This document shows positions 27,011 to 39,200 of a stretch of 64,000 nucleotides of DNA, in pieces (the stretch's first letter is position 1; every line of letters begins with the position of its first letter). Position numbers and translations under genes: made by a program. The stretch comes from Xylographa opegraphella (taxonomy: Eukaryota). Where the stretch lies: the NCBI GenBank assembly GCA_022813865.1, contig JALDZX010000066.1:1-64000 (forward strand). The letters run 5' to 3'. Under the pieces are notes generated by a model. It ran no database searches. It saw only the letters and a program-made list of their open reading frames with translations, and was not told the origin of the DNA.

Positions 27011-30000
27011 TCACAACCTGGGTCCAGGTTGATCTCGATTTAAATTGCGGAAGAGGTCTCCAGGAGGGATACGGGACATGTTTGCAGAGGTCTTTTCGTA
27101 ATAATTTTGGGGCGCAGGGCGATAACCTTCCTTCCTCCTTCGCCGACGCTCCATGATGAAGCCTGCGAGGACAATTAGGAAGATGCAGCCTAAGGCACAT
27201 GCCAAGGCAATGCCCACTACAGCGCCAAGGCTCAAGGATCCACCTGGGTTTCTGTCAGTACCTCATTGTGGAAGGAATTGTCATAGATGGGGGGTCTTAC
27301 TTGAAGCACTGAACGTTTGCTGATATTCTGTAAAGAGTTGCGAGATGCTACCAGGGCCATTTCCAGAATTGGAAAGTAGGAACGGAGAAAATGTGGTACC
27401 ATTAAATAGCGCTGCAGATGCATTTCCAAAACTTGGGAGATCCAGTTGCCCAGTAACAAGAAGGCTGAGGTCGGCTGGCACAAGGCTTGTAGCTGTATGA
27501 CTTTGCGAAAGAGATAGAACAGCTAGTCCACGAATGAGGGTATTCTTGCCGAGCGTATCTCCTACACTTTGAAAGTTCGTGCCGTCGTACAACATGAGGA
27601 ACGCAGATCCGTTAGTACCCTTTCCAGCTACCCAGAATTGGGATGCATCACTGTTGGCTGCAGATATAGCAGTGACAGGACCAGGAATATTGGAAGCTCC
27701 ATGAATTTCAGTCCATACCTGACCGGCGGTGTCGTAAGTGGCCAGAGTAGTAGTATTGCCGCCGACAGTAAGATTACCTCCGGCGAGCAGCTGAGTGTTC
27801 CCTTGCCAAGTGAGTGCAGCGATACTTCCACCGAGGCCCGTGCCTGGCTGCTTCCATTGCCCATTGTCAAAAAGACAGATGCTTGGGCAATTGAGAGATC
27901 CCGCAGTATCGAAACTACCAGCCACATACACATTTGATGTGTCTGGTTGGACCGCAATTGCATTGACTGCGACACTGCTTCCTGTAAAGGCAGGAGGTTG
28001 AGGAGAAACATAGTTCGAGGTCGCCAGATCCCATAGGACCAGACCGTTGATGTCTGCGTTATCAAGTGTTCCAGTAACAGTACCTCCAGCATACAACGTA
28101 TCTCCCTGAGTTGCAAGTGCCAAAAATACCGAGTTATCATCAAGTCCACTGCCGATACCGACTACAGATTGTGTCCCGTTGCTAGACGAATTGATAATTG
28201 CAAGATTGTTGATGTTGGATCCGTTCGTTGCTACGAGAGTAAAGTGTCCTCCAATGATAGTAGTGTTCCGTCCACTGTCTGTATCAAAGAGACCCACTAC
28301 CGCTCCTGTAACGTTCTGACCACTTACAGCTCGCTTGCGCTTGCTAGGGGATCCTATTTGCTGTGGCTGTAATCGAATCCCCAAAGAGTTCAAAGTGGGG
28401 GTCCCAGAAGTACTGAGTTCAGCGGCATCGCTCAGTCCCAAACCTTGGGCAGAAATGGTTCCTGCCAAGAGTGGAGTAGAGCCGGATATATTGGTAGAAG
28501 CACTGAGCTGACCGGTGATCGCCATGGTTTGAATGTTCAGGTTTTGTAGCCAGTCATTGTGCGAGGGAACCCAAATCGCAAAGCCATCAGGTGCCGCAAA
28601 AGCGGGGCTTGACCCAGAAGCTAATACTTCATTGAATATACCGTCAACTGTGATGCAGGTTTCAGGCTGCCCAGCTGTTATGTTGAGAAGCAATGGGACC
28701 ATAGAAGTGACTTGACCATTGACACCGCTACCTAGAGCCTGCCACGTTTGTTTTGATGTGTCAAACATTGCAACATAGTTCAGTCCCGGGGTTCCGGGGT
28801 TGGTAGTATTGGTGAAGTTTCCCCCGAGGAACAGTAGATTACCATAGACAAGAGTCGAAGCAACAGCCGCATTGAGACCAATATCTGGTAATGAGGTTGC
28901 ATTGCCGTTCGATATCGCAAAGATATTCTCAATGCCATCGCCCGAGAAATTTCCTGCAACATAGGTCGTTTGCCCGACAACTTCGACACTCATTATAAGT
29001 GCATCCGTGTGTAAGTTTGTTCCGGCTGTATCAATAGTAGAATTGCTATAATTAGTGCTCGGCGTCGCCTGGTTAGGATCCCACTCAAATAGTCCATTCA
29101 GTCCACCAGCAGTAGGAGAATCAAGCTGAAAGCGAACTCGCTGAGCCACAAGGCTGATAGAGGTATTCTGGTTATCGAGAGGAGACAGAGTAATGCTAGG
29201 GCGAAACGAGCCACTACCGGCATCCACGTAGCCACGATAAATCTGGTCGTACTTATCAAAGTCGTTTGTCTGAAATATTCGCGTTTGTATAGATTGGCTT
29301 GGACCCGTTGACGATGCAAATGTTCCAGTCACGTTTGATATACCGCGGATGTCGCAGGTGCCGTCTTGCTGGCAACCCGGCGTGAAGATGGTTACGGTAT
29401 AGTTTCCTGACTGTTTTATATCTGCCAAAAAGGTCACGGAAGCGGAACTAGAATTAATGCCAGGTCCGGTGAGGTTTGCAGTCAAGTATTCAGAGTTGCT
29501 CTGATTCGATGGTGTAGCCTTCCACGGACCAGTGGTTGTAGAATTCGATCCAAGTTGAGAAACGCCACATGCCGGCTCGTCGAGGCTTGAAACAGCATAA
29601 GCGTAGATTTCTTTGCGAAGGTCAATATTAGCTCAATAACGTTTTCAATACAGACATAACATACCATCTTGGAATAGCTCAATGCCATCAAGTCCACCAC
29701 CGCTTCCAAACCAATCAGAAATATCGATCCGGAAACCACTCATGCCTATGACATTGACAAAATGAAAGTCTGTGTATTGTGTGGTTGAGGCATTTAATGG
29801 ACACTGTGAGGAACAGCTCGCCGTCTGGATGTCAGTGCCCGCGTAGGTAAAGTTCATGATACCATTTATGGGCAACGCTGTGAAGCGGAAGGTCTGTGTT
29901 CCTTGTCCATTTTGGTTTGTATTCCAAATTCGTAGCTTCGTGGGTTGGTACCCAAAATTCATTTCTGCTTGCCAGAATCCCGGTGTGTCATCAGCAAGAA

Positions 30001-30808
30001 GCCATGTCTGACCGGGTCCGCTTTCTCCACTTGTCGAGCAGATTATATTCTCCGGATCGCTAAATCCTGGAGTAGAACTGGATCCACCAGCAGTGATGTT
30101 GGCGGTGGACAGGTTGATGACCTGCTGATCCGGAACGTCAGGGATCCCCGAAGCGTTGCCCAGACCAGTAAAAGAGCCACCAAATACGATATTGCCAGTT
30201 GGCGCCTTGTTTATTGTCTGGACAGGGCCGTTGAAGCCGGCGAACGGAAGATTTGTCCAGCCAGACGTTCCGACCCAAGCAACAGCATTTGTCGAATTGG
30301 CTCCCGTAAACTCCCCCCCAACGAAAACAGTACTGGTGGTTGAGTCGCAGTAAAGTGCAGATACTGAGCCAGAAAGTCCAGGTAGAGGTGTTATTTGAGC
30401 TGTGGTAATGTTGTAGAGCGCCACACCTTGAGCTTCGATACCTCCCAAGCTGGTGAAGTTTCCCCCAACGACAATGCCAACTAATGTCCCATCTTTCATC
30501 ACAAACGGGCACATGGCCTCGATGGATGCATCTGCCGATGCCAGTGTCGCAAAATCTCCATTTGGCATTTGAGTGAGCAGAGATTGACTGCCATTTGTGC
30601 TGAACGAGTTTTCATTTTGTTGCTGATAGGTGTAGAGAGATATTGCGTCGAAATTACCAGCGATAGCGACACGACCAAGTTGTGAGAGATCAAGGTTGGA
30701 TGACGGTACAGGTGTAAAGTTGACTCCTTCAACCATGAGACCGTGGAGTGATAGTATTATTGGCAAGAGTCCAGCCGCCGTCGGGCTAAACATTGAGGAT
30801 AACCTCAT
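27011..30808 (-). CDS. RAX2: Polarity/bud-site landmark Rax2 (type I membrane protein); exons 30808-29665, 29610-27301, 27243-27011
   Basis: Signal peptide, LGRVAIAGNFDAISLY, repeated GGNFT/GGSFT beta-propeller blades, GGLDGIELFQD|EIYAYAV, and one C-terminal TM (AVVGIALACALGCIFLIVLAG) followed by ERRRRRKEGY. Introns 29611-29664 and 27244-27300. Confidence 0.92.
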
Positions 30809-31928
30809 TGTTCAGTCAAGGACGACGGACAAAAAGATTCGATCCTCCAGACATCCAGATGTTCAGTAGGAAGGGTTGTGGTTGTTCTGCTCTGCCGATT
30901 CACGCGACCTCCTGAGAGCTTCTCACGCGCCAATACCCGATTTCACCGCTTTGCAAAGTTCACGGTCTCATTGAGGTCCAATGTCAATTCCTTCTCTTCT
31001 ATGCCGTACTATCCTATCAGTGCAGAGGGATCCGGAGTAACAAGGGAACGGGTCAGATGAAAATAAGATTAGGTGTGTCGCATCATCGTCTGGGAGGAGG
31101 AGAGAGCAGGACTGAGCAAGAAAGGAAATTAGAGCGGCCCGTGCTGAGGCCGATGGCGTAGTTAGCGCGGGAGCGATGACGGTAGCTGGTCTAAAGGAGG
31201 ACGCGACGTATCCAAGAGCAATGAAGTCCCACAGCTATCTACTGTACTCCGTTATGGACAGTGTATGTCTGCAGCAAGTCCTTACAGAGCGTTGAAGGTT
31301 TCAAACTTTCATCTTCCACGGTCTAAACAACCATGCGATTCCCACGCGCAGTGACAAAGGCTAATTTTGGAACCATGGTAAGCTCCGAGCTTTGTTGGAA
31401 TGTTAGTTTACCACGATTGTCAGAACATGAAAAGCGATAATTATCATCGTTGGGAGAGTAGAATTTGCGAGATATCCAAGCAGAGCTGGGTATCTGGTTA
31501 CAAACGCTCTGGGCGTTATGCTGTAGCTACATGCATCCCAATATTCCTCATCTATGGTCTCCAGGTGTAGGCAGACTGCTCTCTGCTTAACAGAGGAGGT
31601 CTTCTTCAATCGAACCGAGACCGCATTACGGCAACCTTGGTACCGCCCTTCACAGACGTCGTCCTTGTCCTGGCATTCCTGTCCCTAGGTTTGCCAATAC
31701 TGTATCACCGTCGGCTCGGGAGTTTGACATGCCGCGATTGCTTGATGAAGGAACTACAAGCTCCTGCCCTTTCTAATGGCCGATCCAAAGGGTCCATGTA
31801 CTTATCCCTCTCCATATCATATCATTCATGGATATCTTGCCAGCGATTCGAATATAAAGACGCGTGGAAACTCTGATGACAGGTGTGATGGTCTCGGTGA
31901 TTACTTATGTATGCTCACACCCTTATAT

Positions 31929-33378
31929 TCAGCCTTTCGGGCGACCGACAGATGTCTTCTGCCTTCTTCTCTTCCCACGATCTGTGTATCCTTCTGATAT
32001 GGCGGGATTGCTCTCTTCGATAAATTCCCTCTTCACGGATGTCGAAGGTGGTAACTTGACTTTAGCGATGGTCTCAGACGAGGCACTGAACCCGTCCTCC
32101 TCCTTGATCTTAATATTGGTAACACTCTTGGACACAACACCAGCGGCATCTTCGTCCTTGATCTCCGCTTTAATTTCGATCTTGCTGGACAGTCTCTCCG
32201 AAAAGGCCCTCAAATCTGCTGTAAAAAGCACACTATGAGCCCAGCCAGCCTCCTTGCCCCACAACGTTCGAAAATGATCCCCAACGGCATCGTAAGTCGC
32301 CTTTGTCAAGCTACGATGCTTTCCTTTACCGAAATTGTAGTCGCGTTGAGCTATCTGCCACACTAAAGCTCTTGTTAGAACGATTGGTCCATTTCATATA
32401 CGTTCATCATGCTCACCGTGAGTGTCGACTGGAACAGCTTCTTCCCACCCAAGTCCCATCAAGCATACGCAATCAGCAACTTTCGGCCCTACACCTTGCA
32501 GTGCAAGAAGCTGTTCATGAGCTTCGCGGTATCCTGCTCTACCGCCGGGCAGCATGCCACCTGCACTGCACTTTGCATGTCCCAACGTTGGGCTTTCGGG
32601 ATTTCGAAGACTATCAAGCCACCGAGTATCCTGCTGAGTGATCATAGTTGCAGTCTGGTGCAAATATTTGGCTCTGTATCCAAAACCAAGTTCGCGTAAG
32701 TGCCCTTCGACTTTGGGGCCGGTCAGTCGCGCTGGTGAAGGCATATCATAATATGGTCTGGTGTCTATATATCCTATCAATGGTCCATAGTGTACACACA
32801 GCTTTTCCATCTATATCCGATAGTTAGATCAATTGTTGCTGAACAAGGATGGCAGAAATAAGTACCATTTGTGATATTCGAATGATGTTGTTGTTGCTAC
32901 TGCAAATGAACCCGACGAGTGCCTCCCACGCATCTTGTCGCAATATCCGCACACCCGCAAATTTTGGAGCTTTCTTCTCAAAGTTGCGATCGGCGGAAGA
33001 CCACAGTTCATATAGCTCTGTCAGGTTTGGCCCAAGGTTGAGATAGTGATATACCAATTCCTTGGTATCATCAACCTCAAGGGCCGTACCATCTGCCGAT
33101 GGTGGCGCAGACGATGGGGGAGTAGGGGGTGCGGTCAAAGCGTTAGGGAAGAGCGCTCGATAATACAAGTGGGTAGCATCCTGGCGGAGGGATAATATGC
33201 GTCCATGGAGAGCGCACGACCAGATATTGTCCTCCGATTTCCTCCAGCTTTTGAAGTCGTTAGACATCGTGTTCATTAAAGCAGAACACCGGACTTACCG
33301 GAATGATTGACCACAACGAAGCGTAGTGTCGAGACACAGTTCTGTCAGGCTGACCGGCAATTTTCGCCAATTCATCAT
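31929..33378 (-). CDS. OGG1: 8-oxoguanine DNA glycosylase/AP lyase; exons 33378-33299, 33247-32866, 32810-32417, 32362-31929
   Basis: LCLDTTLRCGQSFR|W, ILRQDAWEALVGFICSSNNNI, LGFGYRAKY, helix-hairpin-helix GVGPKVADC (catalytic Lys), VPVDTH|VWQIAQRDY (catalytic Asp), AGWAHSVLF. Confidence 0.95.
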
Positions 33379-33431
33379 TAAGAAGAGTGAATGTATGGGG
33401 AACCTGAATCGTTCCAAGACTTGAAGATAAT

Positions 33432-33459
33432 CGCGCGATATGAGCGCGAAACCACGCGC
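33432..33459. promoter_or_regulatory. Cluster of CGCG cores (CGCGAAA, ACGCG), MCB/SCB-like, in the 334-bp OGG1/U2AF2 divergent promoter
   Basis: tcgcgcgata tgagcgcgaa accacgcgca; short motifs with a plausible link to MBF-type control of a repair gene. Confidence 0.35.
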
Positions 33460-33712
33460 ATCAGGAGAGAAACCAATTCGCAGGGATCAAGCACCACATC
33501 GAGCTTAGTGTCCCGGTCGGTAGTCCAAAGGTAGCTTCAGTTCTCCTACCCGCAAACCAAGCCAAGCCCTTTTGAATTTTGTATCAAAACTACCGGTCCT
33601 GATTGTTGAACTAGCATCTTTCCATCCGACATACGCCGAGCTTAGCATTCTCTTCTGTAGGCCCGAAGCAAGTACATCAACTGCAGCTGTTTACGGCGAC
33701 TTGTGCGACAGC

Positions 33713-35816
33713 ATGAACGGTGACAGTTATTCGTCAAGAGGCATGGCATCAGCAACTACCCTACCAAGGATTCGCAAGCATGAGACTGATACTAACAACC
33801 CGTCAACAGCAGATGCCGGACGCTATGGGTCTTCACGAGATCATTACGTGAGCTATAGCACGCGTTCGTTCAATGATGTCCACGTAAAGCTGACCAAATT
33901 CTCTAGGCTTCGAGGGATGGACGGCGCGACGACCGTCGCGATGGCCGAGACCGAGAAGGATATCGAGGTGGCGGCAGTGATAGACGACGCTCTAGATCTC
34001 CAGGTCACCGCGATGCGAGATCACGTCGAGAGCCGGACGTAGACTCTTATTCGTCCAGCCGCGACCACAGGGCCCGTGAACGAGAAGACAGATACTCAGG
34101 TCGAGAGCCGAGAGACGATAGGGCGTGGGATAGAGATCGGGGAGATAGGGGCATGCAGAGACGCGATGCCCGACGAGACGACGACGATAGACGACCTCCC
34201 AGGGAGAGGGACTTATTCGAAGGACGAAACAACGATCGAAACCGGGGTGGACGTGGAGGGAGGAGCGATCGTGACGAATTCGCTATGCAGCAAGGTGCAC
34301 GGAAGAAGAGCATGAGCCCGCCTCCGAAAAAGAAAGAGCCAACGCCTGATCTGACCGACATTGTTCCTATCACGGATAGAAAGAGGAGATTAACGCAATG
34401 GGATATCAAGCCGCCAGGATATGAGAATGTTACGGCGGAGCAAGCGAAGCTATCAGGTTTTTCGCGCCATTTCCATTGAATACTCGTTCTATACTGATTG
34501 TTCTATAAGGCATGTTTCCTCTACCAGGTGCGCCTCGACAACAGCCTATGGATCCTAGCCGCCTACAGGCTTTCATGAATCAACCGAGCGGGTCTGCAAG
34601 CAACGCTGCTCTCAAGCCCTCTAATGCTCGGCAGTCGAAGCGTCTCTTTGTCCATAACTTACCCCCTACCGCCAACGACGATGCTATCATAAACTTCTTC
34701 AATTTGCAATTAAATGGGCTCAATGTTATAGAGGGTATTGATCCTTGCATATCATGTCAGATCTCGAAAGACAGGTCCTTTGCCCTGATAGAATTCAAGA
34801 CTCCCGCAGAAGCAACAGTCGGCCTAGCTCTGGACGGAATTTCTATGGAAGACAGTGATAGAATGGACACTACTAATGGTATGGCAAATGGCGGCACGCA
34901 GGGACTCTCCGTGCGCCGACCGAAAGACTACATTGTGCCATCGGTCATCGACGATGCCGAGCACACCGAGGGTGAAGTTGCTTCTGTGGTGCAAGACACG
35001 CAAAACAAAATTAGCGTCACCAACATTCCCGTATACCTGACTGACGAGCAAATAACACAGCTCTTGGTGACATTTGGGGAGCTGAAAGCTTTTGTCCTCA
35101 TAAAGGACAGGAGCACCGAGGAGTCCAGAGTAAGCAAGTCCACTGGCGAATTGCGATCTTCTCTAACCTCTGCGGCCAGGGAATTGCCTTCTGTGAGTAC
35201 CTCGACCCAGCCGTCACCGACATCGCGGTCGAAGGCCTCAACGGCATGGAGCTCGGAGACAAACACCTCAAAGTCCAGCGTGCCAGTATCGGCGTGACCC
35301 AAGCTTCTGGGCTGGAGATGGGTGTCAATGCCATGTCCATGCTTGCAGGCACAACCTCTAACGACCTCGAAGAGGGTCGTGTGCTGCAGCTTCTGAACAT
35401 GGTGACCCCCGAAGAGCTCATCGACAACGAAGACTACGAAGGTAAGCAAACTGCCCGCTCCTCACCCTGCAACCCTCACTAACCAATCCAAGAAATCGTC
35501 GAGGACGTCAAAGAAGAATGCGAGAAGTACGGCCCCGTTCTTGAAATCAAGGTCCCCCGTCCTAGTGGCGGCAGCCGGCAGTCCAACGGCGTCGGTAAGA
35601 TCTTCATCAAATACGACACGCCCGACTCCGCTCGCAAGGCACTGCAAGCGCTCGCGGGTAGGAAATTTGCCGACCGCACGGTCGTGACGACCTACTTCTC
35701 CGAGGTACGTAGTCCTATCTACCCTCCCATAGCACCGCGCTGCCGAGATATATATTCTTCACCTCTCGAACCGTACTGACTCTACGCAGGAGAACTTCGA
35801 GGTCAATGCCTGGTAG
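33713..35816 (+). CDS. U2AF2: Splicing factor U2AF large subunit (U2AF65/Prp2/Mud2); seven exons
   Basis: RS/RD-rich N-terminus, ULM RKRRLTQWDIKPPGYE, RRM1 (KRLFVHNLP, FALIEF), RRM2, and UHM (VLQLLNMVT..RKFADRTVVTTYFSE|ENFEVNAW*). Introns 33741-33809/33812 (GC-AG), 33848-33906, 34457-34509, 35130-35179, 35442-35492, 35705-35789. Confidence 0.96.
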
Positions 35817-36261
35817 AAGAGACGTGGCTGAGAGATCTCGGGAACACTAGATTCGGTATCAAAATCCAATGTCGCTCTCAGCGGCCGCCCACGTCGTCGA
35901 AGGTGGGGTTTACGGAGGATTTTTTTCTTCTCTTTCTGTAATTGTGTACGCTAGGACATTTGATGTTTAGAACCGTGCTTTAGGCATACAGAAAAGCCCG
36001 AGATGGTGCTCAGCCCGCGTTCCATTTGTCCATTGGCGGGCTGAATGTGCATGCCTTGAGGACGTTGTATTACAAAGCCATGACATTCGGTAAATCTCGC
36101 AGTTACCGAGCCACGGAGGAAAGAGTGCAACCTAGTATACAAACCCCCACCACAGTTTTCACCCCGCCCACCATCTTACCGTAACGCCGCCCCATCGTCA
36201 GCTCCACAAAGCCATCTACCTATTCATACACCCACCCCACCCATCCCCTCCGCACACCCAC

Positions 36262-39200
36262 CTATCTAAACCCCCTCCACCGCTTCCTTACCTTCGCACT
36301 CTTCTTCTTCTCGCCCTCCCCCTTCTCCACCACCACCCCGTCCGCCTCGCCCCCCATCGCCACGTCCACGTCCACACCGACACCGACACCGACACCGACA
36401 CCCACATCCAAATCCACCTCCCCATCGACCAGCCCATCCACCTCCTCCTCGTCCATATCGCTCAGCTCCTCGCTCATGCCCCTCGCGACCTCGCGGCCCG
36501 TCCACCGCTCCTCGTACACCGTCGTCCCCACGGGATCGAACGGCTCCATGTACCACGGTATACCGCCGGCCGAGAGCGCGGACGCGGGGTCGCTGCTGGA
36601 GGAGAAGGACGGGGTCGCGGGCTGTGGATGGGGTTCTGCGAGGCCGTGCGGGGTGGGCTCGGTGTGGTTGGAGGTGGGGATCGTGGGGTGGGGTTCTTCG
36701 GGTGGGAGGACGTGGGATTGTGTGGCTTGTGGCGAGGTGGTGGTGGTGGTTCCGTTGGTGAGAGGGAGGACGAGGTCGGGCTCCGGAGCAGAGGCTGCGT
36801 GCGGCGGCGAGTGGGCGTAGGCGCCATTAGGGAGGGGGTTTTCCGCTGCAGCGGCAGCGCCCAGAGAATCCGTGGTCGAGGCCTGGTGGCCGTTGGGAGT
36901 GGGATGCTTGCAGCCATCGGCGTCGTCATCGGTCACGTCCTCCAGCACGGAGCCCGTCATGGAGTCTCGCCGCGACGAGAGGCTGGTTTCCAACAGCATG
37001 TCCAGGTCGCGCAGTTCCTTCTCGAAGGGCCGTCTGCACAGGTCGCTCTCCTTGCGCATTGCGTCTTCCAGAGCTGGCTGGATGGCTTTGATGATCCGCT
37101 TCGCCAGCTTGCGCTTCTCTTTCTGCTCGGCGCTGAGGTCCTTGCGCGAGCGGTCGTCGATGATTTGGGATTGCACTTCTGCAGTGTCGGCGACGACGGA
37201 CATGCCGATCCCGGCGCTGAAAACGGTGCCGAGATCGGTGGAGAAGGTGGCGACGGAGGTGTAGTAGCGCTCTTCCATACGTTCGCGGATTTGGGCGAGG
37301 CCGAGCCGGAAGGTGCCTTTGCCATCGAGACTGGGAGTTGTTAGTTGTGGGAGAAGGAGAGGGGTGAACAGTGGATGTACGTACGCTTGCGCCTTTTCGA
37401 TGATGGGCCAAAGGAGTGGCGGGATGGGGAAGTAGACGATATCGATCAGGTCTTTCAATAGTTCTGCGTCTCTCAGCTTTTCCTGCTCTCGCTTTCTAGT
37501 CTCGTCGCACAGGATCCGCAGTCTTTCCACGTCCTGAAGTCGGTCTTCGGCAAACTCGATTCGCCTCTCCAGTCTGACTCTACCGGCTGCTCCCATACCG
37601 ATGAAGTTGCGCCTAGTGATTTCCATCGACGAGAAGGTCTCCATTTGTAGTTGTAGTCGCTTGATCAGTGCCGCTCCCCGGCGAGCCTCTCTTTTCAATG
37701 TCCAGTATTTGCACATATCCGTCGCATAGTCCCTTCTCTTACGAACCGTAAACCGCTGTAGGGAGCTCTCGACCGACTCGTAAACAGCAGCTGGTACGAC
37801 CGGAGCGCCAGAAGGAAGTCTCCAGACTGGTTTTGTAGTCTGATTTCGCTTGCGTTTGTTGCCTCCCACGATAAGATTGATTTTAGGATGGGATTCGTCT
37901 TCAACTGTCGCGGGAGCTTCCGGTGCCCGAATGACGTTCATGTTCATTGCAGACTGCTGACTATCTGCCCAAAGCCGTCCTCGCATCGTGTAATGATAAA
38001 AGTCAATAGCATCGGCTGTTGCCACTTCAGTATCGTGCTCTCTTCGCCATTCATTCGGAACATGTTTGTCACAAAAAGCCTTGAGAAGGCTTGCATCTAG
38101 ACTCGCAGGCCCTCCATGAGTGGATTTCATCTGGAGGGAAAGCTTTGCTCGTCGAGCACAAGTTACGTGAAAAGCGACAAAACAATTCTTGTTCCCACAT
38201 TGTATGCAAGCGCCCATCTTCTGGCGACAAATGTAACAAGTCAGCTTCCACCTTTGCTTTGGTACCTTTTCGACATCCATCACAGGCTCCATGAAAGTCG
38301 TATTTCCCAATGATACCTCTGGTATCCAGATCGCGCAAAGCAAATGCGACCATCTTGAAGAGTTTGTTTGCTTGAAAGCGCCATCAGTATTCGGGCAGAA
38401 GATACAGGTAGGCGTTCCCCGGCCAATCAGCTGGCATTTTCGACACAACCATTGGCCTTCGGGAATAAATGGAACACCATAACATTCTTGATGAACAGCC
38501 AAATCGCAGCCGTCGCAAAAAACTATAGCATTTGTGTTCTCACAGTCCCCGTCATCGCATATTGCACACTTACTATCCTGCTCTTCACCTGCACCTGCGG
38601 GCTCACCATTGACTGCCGCAGCGGAACTCGACCTAGGACGATGCGTTTGTGGAGGTTTAGGATTTGGTTTTGGTATCCGCTTCTCAAGAGCGTGCCACTC
38701 CTTCTCGATCTTGGTCATAGTAATTTCAAAGATCGCAGGCTTTATTGGTTCGACTTGGTCTTCTTTCCGACGTTTGTTGTAATCCTCTAACCACTTTTGG
38801 TCCTGCTCGTCCATATCATACTCAACCCTGCCAACACCAACTGCACCTATCGCCGCATTGCTATCGCCTTCAGTTTTCGCAGTCGGCACAATATCGAGCT
38901 CTTCCTCAATATTTCCCTCCGTTATCCTTATCAACTTTTTCTCAGGCCGAATGTAGATGTCGCTTTCCTGGTACCCGACATTTGCCATGGTACGGTCAAC
39001 GTAGTTCATTTGCCCGGCTGCTTTTTGTTCGTAGGAAACGAACGGGTCTGCTAGACGAAAAGATGGCTTGGGTAACGTGAGTTTTTCACGAGGATTTGGC
39101 CCAGGTACGGGCACTACTTTCGGAGTATCTGGGGTCCCGATACCTTTCAACATAGAATCGTGCCGTCGAGGAGGTCTTCCAGGGCGTCTTCTGGCCGCTG

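Noticed and set aside
33572..33712. TTG-initiated upstream extension of the U2AF2 exon-1 frame
   Set aside because: The ORF caller uses bacterial start codons; the ATG at 33713 (MNGDSYSSR) fits the expected fungal N-terminus.
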